From: a candidate division FCPU426 bacterium
Lineage (GTDB): Bacteria; Oederibacteriota; JAAXVQ01; JAUVAV01
Reading direction: 5' to 3'
Assembly (NCBI GenBank): GCA_030637655.1
Contig: DAOWGI010000076.1
Span: 1-44,011, forward strand
DNA: 44,011 nucleotides
Both the position numbers and the translations under genes were made by a program. Below the pieces are notes generated by a model that did not search any database, had not been told where the DNA came from, and saw nothing but the letters and a program-made list of their open reading frames with translations. This document shows, one piece after another, positions 1 through 9,683 of this stretch; position 1 is the stretch's first letter; each line of letters starts with the position of its first letter.

Positions 1-1330
1 TAAGATTGGTGTTGGTCAATTCAATGGCATTAGCCTGCTGATTGGCCCCATCTGCCAGGCCCTGACTGGCGGATGATACCTGAGATGCGGCTGCAGTAAT
101 TTGATCACTGCCATTGGAAAGTTCCTGGATAACGCTGCCCAGGCTCCGGGTCAATAGATTGATTAAATCCGACAAGTTGCGAATGGTCAGGAATATGGCA
201 ATAAATAAAAAAGCCAGAATCAGGATCTGCCACCAAAGCGAACCGGACATTATATTTCCCATTTGTTTTATTTCCGAAACCGGCGCGCTGGCAACCAGCA
301 CCCAATCCCAGGCCGGAAAATATATGAATTTTTCGAATTGTTCTATGGATTTTTTCTTTTGAGGTAATTGCAAAACATATTTAAGTGAATTAATCTCTTT
401 GGGCTGCAGGGTTAAGGCTGTTTGAGATATTTTCTGAAAAACAGACTTGTCCACTTCATGCTGCACTGCCCAGGCCTTTTTTATCGTACTTTCCGATTTA
501 GGGCTGACCAGGAAGCGGTTCGGACTGCTTACCCAGGCTTGCAAGGCATAAACAAAACCATTTTGAGAGAAAGTGGTGTTTTGAATATTTTCCAGCAGGA
601 CTTTTTGGTCTTCAAATTTCACACCCAATTGCAGCATACCGATAACCTGCTGTTTTTTATTTAATATGGGTTCAATTAAGGATAGGGTCTGTTGATTTAC
701 ATCTTCCAGACTGCCGATAAAAGTATTTTTTTGCAGTATGGTCTTGATAGCCGGCTGCAATTGCCCGTTGGAATGTTTTGCCGGCAAATAGGTCCCTACT
801 GCCCGGCGGCCGTCAAGGGTTTGCATATTGGTTAAAACCCGCAGCATATCTCCTTCCTTGTTCATAAGCTGGTAAATGGAAACATATATACCGGCTATTT
901 CATAGAGTTTGTCTACCAGATCGATTTCCCGGGAAATATCATCTTCCAGGCCCAGCCAGCGGTCTCCTACCAATAGTTTAGGAACCATAATCGTAATGGG
1001 TTTAACATCATTTTGTTTGGTAACCTGCAGCTTGATGTTTTGACGGCTTAAACTTATTTTTCCATATTTTCGCATTATTTCATGCTGAAAATTCAGTCCG
1101 TTTTTTAACGATTGCTTCAATTGCCAATCCTGCAACCGGCACTGTTCATATAGTTTTTCCAGTACCTGGTTCTGGGTTTGATTTGACAAAGCGGTAACCT
1201 TTTTTTGCGCCTGCCACTTAAAAATAATTTGTTGAGTCTCAAAGACGGCAAACAATCCCAAGAGGGGCAGAACAACAATCAATATCCCTTTATTCATAAT
1301 TTGTTTCTTAAAATTTTCCGCAGCCTTCAT
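1..1330 (-). CDS. Methyl-accepting chemotaxis protein (Cache-type sensor), 3' part runs off the window
   Basis: Not in the ORF track. Hand translation from ATG at 1330 (RBS AAGGGGG): MKAAENFKKQIMNKGILIVVLPLLGLF (TM1), ...GDMLRVLTNMQTLDGRRAVGTYLP (Cache_3/Cache_2-like), WWQILILAFLFIAIFL (TM2), then SDQITAAASQVSSASQGLADGANQQA (start of MCP signalling helix). Both ends are in the same frame. Confidence 0.9.
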   Translation of the reverse strand, partial: MKAAENFKKQIMNKGILIVVLPLLGLFAVFETQQIIFKWQAQKKVTALSNQTQNQVLEKLYEQCRLQDWQLKQSLKNGLNFQHEIMRKYGKISLSRQNIKLQVTKQNDVKPITIMVPKLLVGDRWLGLEDDISREIDLVDKLYEIAGIYVSIYQLMNKEGDMLRVLTNMQTLDGRRAVGTYLPAKHSNGQLQPAIKTILQKNTFIGSLEDVNQQTLSLIEPILNKKQQVIGMLQLGVKFEDQKVLLENIQNTTFSQNGFVYALQAWVSSPNRFLVSPKSESTIKKAWAVQHEVDKSVFQKISQTALTLQPKEINSLKYVLQLPQKKKSIEQFEKFIYFPAWDWVLVASAPVSEIKQMGNIMSGSLWWQILILAFLFIAIFLTIRNLSDLINLLTRSLGSVIQELSNGSDQITAAASQVSSASQGLADGANQQANAIELTNTNL

Positions 1331-1414
1331 AACACTTTCCCCCTTTATTTAAGCTAAGCTTGAGTAACAATATTGCATTTTTTTATCTAAGCGCACAAAC
1401 TGCTTATTGCGGTA

Positions 1415-1936
1415 CTAAGGAATGGAAGGTATTGCTCCATTCCCGGCAACTTCTTTTCCCGGCAGGTCATAACTTGCCAGAATTTTTTCGACCTCCAAAA
1501 TAATCAAACTTCTCAAGTCGATTTTTCCGATTCCTTGAATATAATCCCTTATGATGGCAACGTCGAAATTCGGAGTCTCATCTATCTCCCCTGATGACAA
1601 AAAAACCATATCATCAACCCGGTCTACGTTAAAACCCATCCCGCCGTCATCGGAATCAACTATAATAATCCGGGTATCATCCGTAAAGGGATGTTCCGGC
1701 ATGCCGAACTTAATCCGTAAATTGGCCACCGGAATAACATGCCCACGCAGATTCATTACGCCTAAAACATCCTGGGCCGCTCCTGGAATGGAGGTTATAA
1801 ATAAAGGCCGGATAATTTCTTTGACCAGTTCCAATTTGATTCCGTATTTTTCCTGTGCCAGAAAAAAGGCCAAATATTTTTGCTTATCTGCTTTTAATGC
1901 TTCTGGTGACCTGCTCCCCGGTCTGATGTAAGGCAT
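1415..1936 (-). CDS. cheW: Chemotaxis coupling protein CheW
   Basis: YLAFFL..EKYGI...VKEII, GVMNLRGHVIPV.NLR.KFG and TRIIIV..GF.VDRV motifs; lies between cheA and the MCP gene. Confidence 0.93.
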   Translation of the reverse strand: MPYIRPGSRSPEALKADKQKYLAFFLAQEKYGIKLELVKEIIRPLFITSIPGAAQDVLGVMNLRGHVIPVANLRIKFGMPEHPFTDDTRIIIVDSDDGGMGFNVDRVDDMVFLSSGEIDETPNFDVAIIRDYIQGIGKIDLRSLIILEVEKILASYDLPGKEVAGNGAIPSIP

Positions 1937-1979
1937 GCGGTAGTCCTTTCAATAGATTGTGTGATTGGTTCCTGCAAAT

Positions 1980-4073
1980 TTAACAAATCCGCACCTGCGA
2001 CTGGATTTCCACCTGCTGGAACGCCAAGCGCAAGAGATGGGCGGCATCTAAAATTAACCGGATGTGCCCGTCGCCTAAAATAGCAGCACCGGCAAATCCG
2101 GGCTGTTGCCGCAATTTTCCCAAGGATTTAATCACTACCTGCTGTTTACTGACTAAAGCATCAATCATCAAAGCGCACATTTTATTGCCATAATTAAAAA
2201 TCAGAACCAATGCCTCGGTGGGTTCTTTGATGGCTTCGGAAATATTCAGTAATTTATGCAGGCGGAAAATGGGCAGCCAATTATTTTGAAAGAAAATCAT
2301 CTCGCCTTTTAAATTGACCGTGGATACTTGTTCGGTTTTGGGATGAAAAATATGCCTAACATGAATAGCGGGGATAATAAATTCATGTTGGCCCACTTTA
2401 AATAGCAAACCGTCAATAATGGCCAGGGTAAGCGGAAGCCGGATGGTAAATACACATCCCGCGCCCGGGTTGGAGCGGACTTCAATACTCCCCTGGATGG
2501 ATTCCAGATTGCGTTTTACCACGTCCAGGCCCACCCCGCGGCCGGATATCTCCGTTACTTTATCCGCAGTGGAAAATCCCGGAGAAAATATATATTGGGT
2601 AATATCGCTTTCGCTTAATTCCTGCGCATTACTGATTAAATGCCTGGCTTCGGCCTGTTCCCGGATTTTGTCCAAATTCAGTCCCCGGCCGTCATCCTGT
2701 ATTTCTATAATAATTTTGTCCGCGCTCTGGGTGGCATGCAGCCGTATGTAACCTTGCTCCGGTTTTCCTCCGCGGTGCCGCTCTTCCGGTGGTTCAATTC
2801 CATGATCAATGGCATTCCGAATCAAATGCATAAGCGGATCATTGATTTTTTCCACCAGATTACGATCAATGTTGGTATTTTCACCTGAAATTTGCAGTTG
2901 TACTGTTTTACCTGAGCGCCGCATCAGGTCCCGGGCAGCTCTTTCCATTTTCACAAAAGTATTTTTCAAAGGAACCATGCGCAAAGAAAGACTGATTTTT
3001 TGCAACTGGCGTGATATTTTCCCCATTTGATTTGCCGTGCTGGTTAAAGTGCGGTCTTTATTAGAAAGGATATATTCATTGGCTTCCAGCATACCGTAGG
3101 TGATGATTAATTCACCTACGGTATTCAACAAATCTTCCATTTTATCAACAGATACCCGGATGGATTGATATAACCGGGAATTATCCGTGACCGCAAATTG
3201 ATCTTTTTCATCCGCATACGGATTTGCGCCTTTTAATCCGGCCAGATCATCGGCATTGGTTGTTTTTGCCGCATGCTTGATTTCAGATGCTTCTGAAGTA
3301 TCTTCCTGTGAGAGACTTTGCTTCAGGGAAATATATTTTTCCGGCGAAGATAAACAATCCATAAGCTGTTGGTAATTCCCGGGTAAAAACGAAATTGATT
3401 GCGGTGATAAGTCCTTTAATTTTGTAATCATGAGCTTAAGCGTATCCGCGCTCAACAGGGCTATATCCGCTAATTCTTCAGTAAGCTGGAATTCTCCTTG
3501 GCGGACCCGGTCAAGCAGCATTTCCGCGCTATGCGCCAAATTTTTAATGTTCTCGAATCCAAAGATGCTGGCCGTCCCCTTGGTGGAATGAAAGGCACGG
3601 AAAACAGCATTTATAACTTCCCGGTTATCCGGATCGGACTCCAATTCCACCAGCTGGGATTCTATCATTTCCAAATGCTCAAGCGACTCGTTTATAAATT
3701 CTGTCAGGATTTCCGGGTCAACGGTATCAGGACTAAAAACCGGACTATCTTCGAATGTTTGGGATTTATTCTCATCCTCTTCATTATTATTATTTACTGA
3801 GAGATTTAAAGACGCTTCAGTTTCTGATACAAAGGCTTTTTGAAAGGCGGCTATGCATACTTCTATTAATTCTTTATTAAGCATCCTTTTTTCTTTTGGG
3901 ACGCGTATAAGTTCTTTTATATATCCTGAGAGGGCGGCTGCAACAGGCTGAACTGCCGGATTTTCCGTTAATTCATCTTTATTCAGCTTAAGGAAATCTC
4001 TTATTTCTAAAAGAGTTCTGTCTTTATCAAGCTGCATTGTTTTTAAGACACTGATAAATTTATTGTTGTTCAT
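1980..4073 (-). CDS. cheA: Chemotaxis histidine kinase CheA
   Basis: Hpt motif VFRAFHSTKG, dimerisation SIRVSVDKMEDLLNTVGELII, HLIRNAIDHGIE, DDGRG, GFSTADKVTEISGRGVGLDVV and a C-terminal CheW domain. Start set at ATG 4073, downstream of the candidate sigma28 promoter; the ORF track extends to 4148. Confidence 0.95.
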   Translation of the reverse strand: MNNNKFISVLKTMQLDKDRTLLEIRDFLKLNKDELTENPAVQPVAAALSGYIKELIRVPKEKRMLNKELIEVCIAAFQKAFVSETEASLNLSVNNNNEEDENKSQTFEDSPVFSPDTVDPEILTEFINESLEHLEMIESQLVELESDPDNREVINAVFRAFHSTKGTASIFGFENIKNLAHSAEMLLDRVRQGEFQLTEELADIALLSADTLKLMITKLKDLSPQSISFLPGNYQQLMDCLSSPEKYISLKQSLSQEDTSEASEIKHAAKTTNADDLAGLKGANPYADEKDQFAVTDNSRLYQSIRVSVDKMEDLLNTVGELIITYGMLEANEYILSNKDRTLTSTANQMGKISRQLQKISLSLRMVPLKNTFVKMERAARDLMRRSGKTVQLQISGENTNIDRNLVEKINDPLMHLIRNAIDHGIEPPEERHRGGKPEQGYIRLHATQSADKIIIEIQDDGRGLNLDKIREQAEARHLISNAQELSESDITQYIFSPGFSTADKVTEISGRGVGLDVVKRNLESIQGSIEVRSNPGAGCVFTIRLPLTLAIIDGLLFKVGQHEFIIPAIHVRHIFHPKTEQVSTVNLKGEMIFFQNNWLPIFRLHKLLNISEAIKEPTEALVLIFNYGNKMCALMIDALVSKQQVVIKSLGKLRQQPGFAGAAILGDGHIRLILDAAHLLRLAFQQVEIQSQVRIC

Positions 4074-4131
4074 AAATTTATTCCCATTTTTAAAATTGAC
4101 TACATGATAAGGATAATACCCAGCAATTATA

Positions 4132-4158
4132 CTATCGGCACTTTGCACAAAATATTAA
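4132..4158 (-). promoter_or_regulatory. Candidate sigma28 (FliA/SigD) promoter for cheA-cheW-mcp
   Basis: Minus strand TTAA-N15-GCCGATAG versus consensus TAAA-N15-GCCGATAA/T, about 60 nt upstream of cheA. Confidence 0.6.
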
Positions 4159-4215
4159 ACTGGATTGTTTTTATTTAAAGGAAAGTCGGTCCGGAATCAT
4201 GACCCTGTTCACTGA

Positions 4216-4578
4216 TTATTTACTTGCAAAGTTTAAGTTAGCTTGCTTTTGATCCATTTCTTTCTCTATGATTAGCAGTTTAGTGATCATATCACCTAAA
4301 AAAGAGTTGCTTATCTTATCATCAACTTCCGAAAATTCCTCGTCGGTTATTTCCGGCGAAAGATTTTGGACATTTACCTGTGTAATTTCACCGCTTAAGA
4401 ATATCTGTACCATATCATCTAAAAAGAGATTGATTATCTCATCATCAACTTCCAGAAATTCCTCGTCAGTTAGTTCTTGCGAAAGATTTTGGGCATTTAC
4501 CTGCGAAATTCCACCCATAATTCCAGTGATTAAGAATATTTGTATCACAAAAAGCAGCAAACCGATTTTTTTAAGCAT
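4216..4578 (-). CDS. Small secreted acidic protein with a 41-aa tandem duplication
   Basis: RBS GAGGTG; signal peptide MLKKIGLLLFVIQIFLITGIMGGISQVNA; two copies of G.I.QVN.QNLS.E.TDEEF.EVDD.I.N.FL.DM. Confidence 0.7.
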   Translation of the reverse strand: MLKKIGLLLFVIQIFLITGIMGGISQVNAQNLSQELTDEEFLEVDDEIINLFLDDMVQIFLSGEITQVNVQNLSPEITDEEFSEVDDKISNSFLGDMITKLLIIEKEMDQKQANLNFASK

Positions 4579-4621
4579 GATTTTTCACCTCTTTTAAAAA
4601 TTTAACTATATTCTATAATTC

Positions 4622-4637
4622 TGCATTTTGCGTGCCA
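4622..4637 (-). promoter_or_regulatory. Candidate sigma54 (-24/-12) promoter
   Basis: Minus strand TGGCACGCAAAATGCA has exact GG-N10-GC spacing, about 45 nt upstream of the ATG at 4578. Confidence 0.7.
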
Positions 4638-5018
4638 ATTTTTAAGATAGAGTGTAATTTGAAGGTTTTTCCGAAAAACGCTGAATTTTTGCGGGAAAAT
4701 ATGTTATGTGGTTTTTTACTTTTATAAATTATTAAAATGAAGTGGGAAAACTATTTCATAAAACTAAGATTAAAATACCCATTCTGTCCTTTCGAAATCC
4801 CTGGTATTGTCAAACGTTTTTGACTTTATTTCTTAAAAACGTAATCCATTCAAAATTTTTCTGTTACATTACGAAAAAACCGATCAGGCTTTTAGACTGA
4901 AAAGCCGGTTTGGTTTCTGAAATAATTTGAGCCGGGAAGAAAATGTTTGACCATTCCCGCCGGTTTATTGATATGATAGACAGCGATATTCAAGGCAGGT
5001 TGGCATAGGAGCTTTTCT

Positions 5019-5696
5019 GTGATTCAATTTCATCATGTGTTTATGACCTATCAGAATGAATACAAAGCCCTCCGCGATGTGAGCCTGGAAATTGACCGGG
5101 GTGAATTTATTATGGTGACTGGTCCTTCCGGCGCGGGCAAGAGCACTCTAATCCGTCTGGTTACCAGAGAAATTTTACCCACCAAAGGACAGGTTATTGT
5201 TTTTGATCAGAATGTTGCCAAACTGAAAGCGGTCCAATTGCCGTATTTCCGTCGCAAAATGGGTGTGGTGTTTCAGAATTTTCGCCTCCTGTACGACCGC
5301 ACGGTAGCGGAAAATGTGGCTTTAACTCTGCATATTTTAGGTACTACCGGACGGACCATTACCCGGGAAGTCAACCAAGCTTTGGACAGAGTAGGCCTCA
5401 CCAGGAAAAAGAATGTGAAGCCCTGGCACTTGTCCGGCGGAGAGATGCAGCGTGTGGTTTTGGCGCGCGCGATTGTGCATGATCCGCCCCTGTTGTTAGC
5501 TGATGAGCCAACCGGCAATCTGGATTTTGCCACAGGCTGGGAGATGATGCAACTGCTAAAGCAGGTGACCGAGACCGGGACCACTGTTTTTTGTGCTACG
5601 CATAATTTGAATTTTATCCAAAAGATGAAGAAACGGACCTTGTTTCTGGACAAAGGTGTTATCCACGGCGACAGGAATAAACTCCATGGCAATTAA
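5019..5696 (+). CDS. ftsE: Cell division ATP-binding protein FtsE
   Basis: Walker A GPSGAGKST, LSGGEMQR, LLADEPTGNLD; followed by ftsX. Confidence 0.93.
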   Translation: MIQFHHVFMTYQNEYKALRDVSLEIDRGEFIMVTGPSGAGKSTLIRLVTREILPTKGQVIVFDQNVAKLKAVQLPYFRRKMGVVFQNFRLLYDRTVAENVALTLHILGTTGRTITREVNQALDRVGLTRKKNVKPWHLSGGEMQRVVLARAIVHDPPLLLADEPTGNLDFATGWEMMQLLKQVTETGTTVFCATHNLNFIQKMKKRTLFLDKGVIHGDRNKLHGN

Positions 5697-6576
5697 ATTT
5701 CTGTTTGAGGAAGCTTTTCGCAGTCTTTTTCGATCCAAACGGCTTAATATGATCTCTTTGGGCGCCATGAGTATGTCTTTGATGGCTTTGGGACTGGTAT
5801 TGGTACTCAATGTCGGGATTATGGAACTGGCGGATTTTGTAGAAGATAAAATTGAGATTGTGTTGTTTCTGACTGAGGATGCTAAAACTGATGAAATTTC
5901 CATGCTGGTCACCAAAATTCAGGACCATCCTCAGGTCATTGCTGTGTATTATATCTCCAAGCAGGAGGCTTTAGAGGAGTTCTCGCAGGATGCAGCGCTA
6001 CAGGACCTGATTAAAGTATTGGGCAATAATCCATTGCCGTCTTCGCTGCGAATCCAACTCATGGAGAAAACCCCGGAGAATGTCAAGCGTTTCATTAGCT
6101 GGTTAAAAAACCTGCCAGGCGTTAGTGAGGTCACCTACGGCGGCGGGGATGCGGATCGTTTATTAAAAGCGCTCCAGTTTGTTCGTTTGGCTGTTTTGAT
6201 ATTGACCGCCAGCCTGGTGCTGGCGGCTATGGTAATTATTGCCAACATCATCAGCTTGATGGTATATGCCCGGGAAGCAGAAATTGATATTATGCGCATG
6301 ATTGGCGCGACCAATGGGTTCATTCGGGGGCCGTTTCTGATCTGGGGAGTGATCCAAGGCGCGGTGGGCGGGATATTGGCTACTGTATTGCTGTATGTTA
6401 TTTGGTATCTCTTGCGCTATTACAGTATGCATGAGTTGGGCATTGATTTAAATGCCTTGTTGCCGCCCGCGTCCAGGGATCAGGCTCTCACAGGCGCCGG
6501 ACTTATAATTCTGGCCGGGTGTTTCTTTGGTTTTGTGGGCAGTTTGGTATCTGTAGGAAGGCAACTCAACGAATGA
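5686..6576 (+). CDS. ftsX: Cell division permease FtsX
   Basis: N-terminal TM, NPLP motif in the extracellular domain, EIDIMRMIGATNGFIRGPF; start at ATG 5686 overlapping the ftsE end. Confidence 0.92.
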   Translation: MAIKFLFEEAFRSLFRSKRLNMISLGAMSMSLMALGLVLVLNVGIMELADFVEDKIEIVLFLTEDAKTDEISMLVTKIQDHPQVIAVYYISKQEALEEFSQDAALQDLIKVLGNNPLPSSLRIQLMEKTPENVKRFISWLKNLPGVSEVTYGGGDADRLLKALQFVRLAVLILTASLVLAAMVIIANIISLMVYAREAEIDIMRMIGATNGFIRGPFLIWGVIQGAVGGILATVLLYVIWYLLRYYSMHELGIDLNALLPPASRDQALTGAGLIILAGCFFGFVGSLVSVGRQLNE

Positions 6577-7766
6577 GGTCTGCGTTGCTGGTCACGCTCT
6601 TTTGTGTCTGGTTGCCGGGTTTGAGTTTGGCAGCGACCATTCCGGATACCAAAGATGAACTAAAAAACTACCGAAACAGCATTCGTCAGGAACGAAAAGG
6701 GTTGGATCTGATCAAACAGAAAATACACCGCGAGAAACAAGTGGTGCGGCAACAAAAACGCAAAGAACGGTCCGTGCTTTTCGAGATTCAGCGTATTGGT
6801 AAGAAACTCGAAGAAGCGAATGAAAGGCACCAGGATAATCAGGAGAACCTGAGGCAGGTCCGGAATCAGATTGCGCGTTTACATTACGACAGCCAAAACA
6901 CTGAGCAGGAAATGAAGCGCTTGCGTGCTTTTTTGGCCTCCCGCTTGCAGTTGATTTACCGGGAACGGCAGAGCGGGTTTTGGAGAATTATAGCAACCTC
7001 TCAATCCTTGCCGCAGGCCTTACGGCGATTGAAATTTTTCCATGTGATGGCTACGCAAAATGCTTTTCTGATCAGACGATTGACGCGCAAGCGGGAAGAA
7101 TTAATACAACAAACCCGGCAATTGATGCTCAAAGAACAAAAAGCCGAAGAACTGGAAACCGTGGCCAAAAGATCCTTGCGCAGGATTAAAACCACATGTT
7201 CAGAGCGCGAGAAAATTCTGCGAAAAGTACGCCGGGAACGGGCGGTACATGAAAAGGCTCTGAAAGAGCTGGTTCAAGCGTCTAAACGCTTGAACCGTTT
7301 GATCCGAAAGTTGGAACAACGAGCCAGGCGCATGAAAAAGAAAATTTCCCAATACGGAGAGCAATTTTCGCGCCGTAAACGTACTTTGCCATGGCCGACA
7401 CGGGGCCGCGTGATTTCGCGCTTTGGTAAGAAGCGTCATCCCCGCTTTGATACATATGTATATAATAAAGGAATTGACATCAAAGGATCGATCGGGCAAA
7501 ATGTGATTTCTGTTTCACCCGGCCGGATATTATTTGCCGAGTGGTTTGAAGGCTATGGCCGGATGATCATCCTGGATCATGGGGACGGTTACAATAGTGT
7601 TTATGCGCATCTCAGAAAGATTTTAGTCAGCGAGGGAGATGCCGTCACTGAAGGACAGACCATTGGAACCCTTGGGGATTCCGGAACCTGGAAAGGACCG
7701 GCTTTGTATTTTGAGATCCGCAAGCGGGGAAAAGCCGTTAATCCCATTCCCTGGTTGGAAAAATAG
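6573..7766 (+). CDS. envC: Murein hydrolase activator EnvC (coiled coil plus M23/LytM domain)
   Basis: Signal peptide, long coiled coil, LPWPTRG..., NKGIDI, YAHL and LYFEIR (degenerate M23 zinc ligands, as in EnvC); ATGA overlap with the ftsX stop. Confidence 0.85.
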   Translation: MRSALLVTLFCVWLPGLSLAATIPDTKDELKNYRNSIRQERKGLDLIKQKIHREKQVVRQQKRKERSVLFEIQRIGKKLEEANERHQDNQENLRQVRNQIARLHYDSQNTEQEMKRLRAFLASRLQLIYRERQSGFWRIIATSQSLPQALRRLKFFHVMATQNAFLIRRLTRKREELIQQTRQLMLKEQKAEELETVAKRSLRRIKTTCSEREKILRKVRRERAVHEKALKELVQASKRLNRLIRKLEQRARRMKKKISQYGEQFSRRKRTLPWPTRGRVISRFGKKRHPRFDTYVYNKGIDIKGSIGQNVISVSPGRILFAEWFEGYGRMIILDHGDGYNSVYAHLRKILVSEGDAVTEGQTIGTLGDSGTWKGPALYFEIRKRGKAVNPIPWLEK

Positions 7767-7801
7767 ACTTTGACATATCTGTTTTAGGAGGAAGCAATAT
7801 T

Positions 7802-9313
7802 ATGATGAATTTAAAGCGAATTATTTGGGTTACAGTAATTATTTTATTACTAAGTTTGACAGGATTTCTGGGCGGTATCATTTCCGGCAAAACCATAGGA
7901 GCGGGCAGTGATGTCAGCTTCTCTGAAGATAGTTATGAAAGCCTGCGGCCACTTATTCAATCCATGTCTCTGATTAAAAATAATTATGTGGATGTAGAAA
8001 AAATCAAGCAGAAAGATTTGGTCTATGGCGCGATCAAAGGCATGGTGGGTGAATTGGATCCGTACAGTCAGTTTATGGATCCGCAAAGTTATAAAGACAT
8101 GCGCGAGGATACCAAAGGCAGCTTTGGCGGGTTAGGCATTGAAATTGCCATGCGAAAAAACCAACTGACCATTATTTCTCCAATTGACGGCACGCCGGCC
8201 TTTCGGGCCGGACTGGAGCCGGGTGATGAAATCATGAAAATCGATGGTGAGAGTACAGAGAATATTACCATTATGGATGCCGTGCATAAAATGCGCGGTC
8301 CCAAAGGCGTCAAGTGTGTATTGACCATCCGGCGGAGCCGTGAACCGGAATGGTTTGATGTTAATATTATTCGAGATATTATTAAAGTACAATCCATTCG
8401 TTTTGATATGCTAGAGGGTGATATCGGGTATATACGTTTGACTGAATTTATGGAACGCACGGGCGATGATTTTGACAATGCGCTGCGCACTCTGGAAAAA
8501 CAGGGAATGAAGGGTCTGATACTGGATCTGCGTAACAATCCAGGCGGTTTGCTCAACATGGCCGCAGAAGTTGCCGAATATTTTGTTCCGCAGGGCAAGT
8601 TGATTGTGTACACCGAAGGCCGTCACAAATCACAGAACATCCGCTTCTTTTCTTCCAGCATGCGTCCTTTGAAAAATCTACCTCTGGCCGTATTGGTCAA
8701 CCGGGGATCAGCGTCTGCTTCGGAAATTGTGGCAGGAGCTATCCAGGATTGGGGTCTGGGAGTGATTGTAGGCCGGAAAACGTTTGGCAAAGGCTCGGTA
8801 CAGACCATAGTGCCTTTGGGAGATGGTTCTGCCTTACGTATGACCACAGCCCGGTATCTAACTCCCAAAGGACAGATGATTCATGGCAATGGCATTACTC
8901 CGGACCTGGAAGTAGACGCCTTCCGTCCTAATGAATTTATGCTGACCTTAAGCAAAGAACGCTATTTTGAGGAATTCGCCCGCTTTTATTTAAAACGTCA
9001 TCCCAAAGGGGAAGAGCAGGAGAAAAAGGAAGAGGATGTACGCGTATCCGAGTCGTCCTGGAAAAAATTAAAACCCAAAACCAATGATGAAAAACTCAAA
9101 GATGCGTTTGTGACCTGGTTAAAAGAGCACCATGTAGAGGTTAATCAAGTTCAATTGAATGAGGACTTGAAAATTATACTCAGCCGTATTCGGCAGGAAA
9201 TTACTAAAAAATTAAAAGGCATTAAAGCCTCGCGAAAAATACAATTGGAATCCGATATTCAAGTGCAGCGAGGCAAGGATGCTATTAAAATAATGTTGAT
9301 GAACGGGCGTTAA
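7802..9313 (+). CDS. ctpA: S41 carboxy-terminal processing protease (PDZ)
   Basis: LDPYS, GGLGIEI (PDZ), DLRNNPGG, SASASEIVAGA, TFGKGSVQ, GITPD. Confidence 0.92.
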   Translation: MMNLKRIIWVTVIILLLSLTGFLGGIISGKTIGAGSDVSFSEDSYESLRPLIQSMSLIKNNYVDVEKIKQKDLVYGAIKGMVGELDPYSQFMDPQSYKDMREDTKGSFGGLGIEIAMRKNQLTIISPIDGTPAFRAGLEPGDEIMKIDGESTENITIMDAVHKMRGPKGVKCVLTIRRSREPEWFDVNIIRDIIKVQSIRFDMLEGDIGYIRLTEFMERTGDDFDNALRTLEKQGMKGLILDLRNNPGGLLNMAAEVAEYFVPQGKLIVYTEGRHKSQNIRFFSSSMRPLKNLPLAVLVNRGSASASEIVAGAIQDWGLGVIVGRKTFGKGSVQTIVPLGDGSALRMTTARYLTPKGQMIHGNGITPDLEVDAFRPNEFMLTLSKERYFEEFARFYLKRHPKGEEQEKKEEDVRVSESSWKKLKPKTNDEKLKDAFVTWLKEHHVEVNQVQLNEDLKIILSRIRQEITKKLKGIKASRKIQLESDIQVQRGKDAIKIMLMNGR

Positions 9314-9346
9314 TACACAATATTATATCAGGAGAACAAAACCATT

Positions 9347-9388
9347 GACCACGCTTGGATTGACCTCTGAGCGTGGTCTTTGATTTTT
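9347..9388 (+). terminator. Putative intrinsic terminator after ctpA
   Basis: GACCACGCT..AGCGTGGTC stem followed by a T-rich tract. Confidence 0.6.
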
Positions 9389-9680
9389 AGTGTCTTTATT
9401 CTCAACTTTGTGTTTTTATGGCAAGAAAAATTTGATAATTGAAGTAATATGTCAGTGAAGTGTTTTTTTTAGTTTGTCATCAGTGAATGCGGCCCCCATC
9501 CTGTCATCCCCGAATGTTCTTATCGGGGATACGGTTTAAAAAACCAGATTCCTGCCGAATGCGTCCCTATACATCTTTTCCGGTCGGGGCCGCTAAAACC
9601 ATGCGGGAATGACAACCTTTGAAATTTGGATTTATTTCGAATTTAATCTTTTTTGGTTCCGGTTTATCCGGGTTAGGAAT
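9387..9680. repeat. Composite intergenic element, copy 1 (shared ends, contains a GTCATCCCCG..GGGAATGAC element)
   Basis: Left end TTAGTGTCTT..TTTTATGGCAAGA and right end TTTGGTTCCGGTTTATCCGGGTTAGGAAT recur at 12731-12908; the internal segment at about 9501-9613 recurs at about 40151-40281. Confidence 0.75.
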
Positions 9681-9683
9681 TTG

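Noticed and set aside
9609-9683. N-terminal extensions on tsaD (and likewise gltX 38304, cspA 41849, comM 33899, guaB 18547)
   Set aside because: Extensions run through repeat or UTR sequence; downstream starts have ribosome-binding sites and match family N-termini
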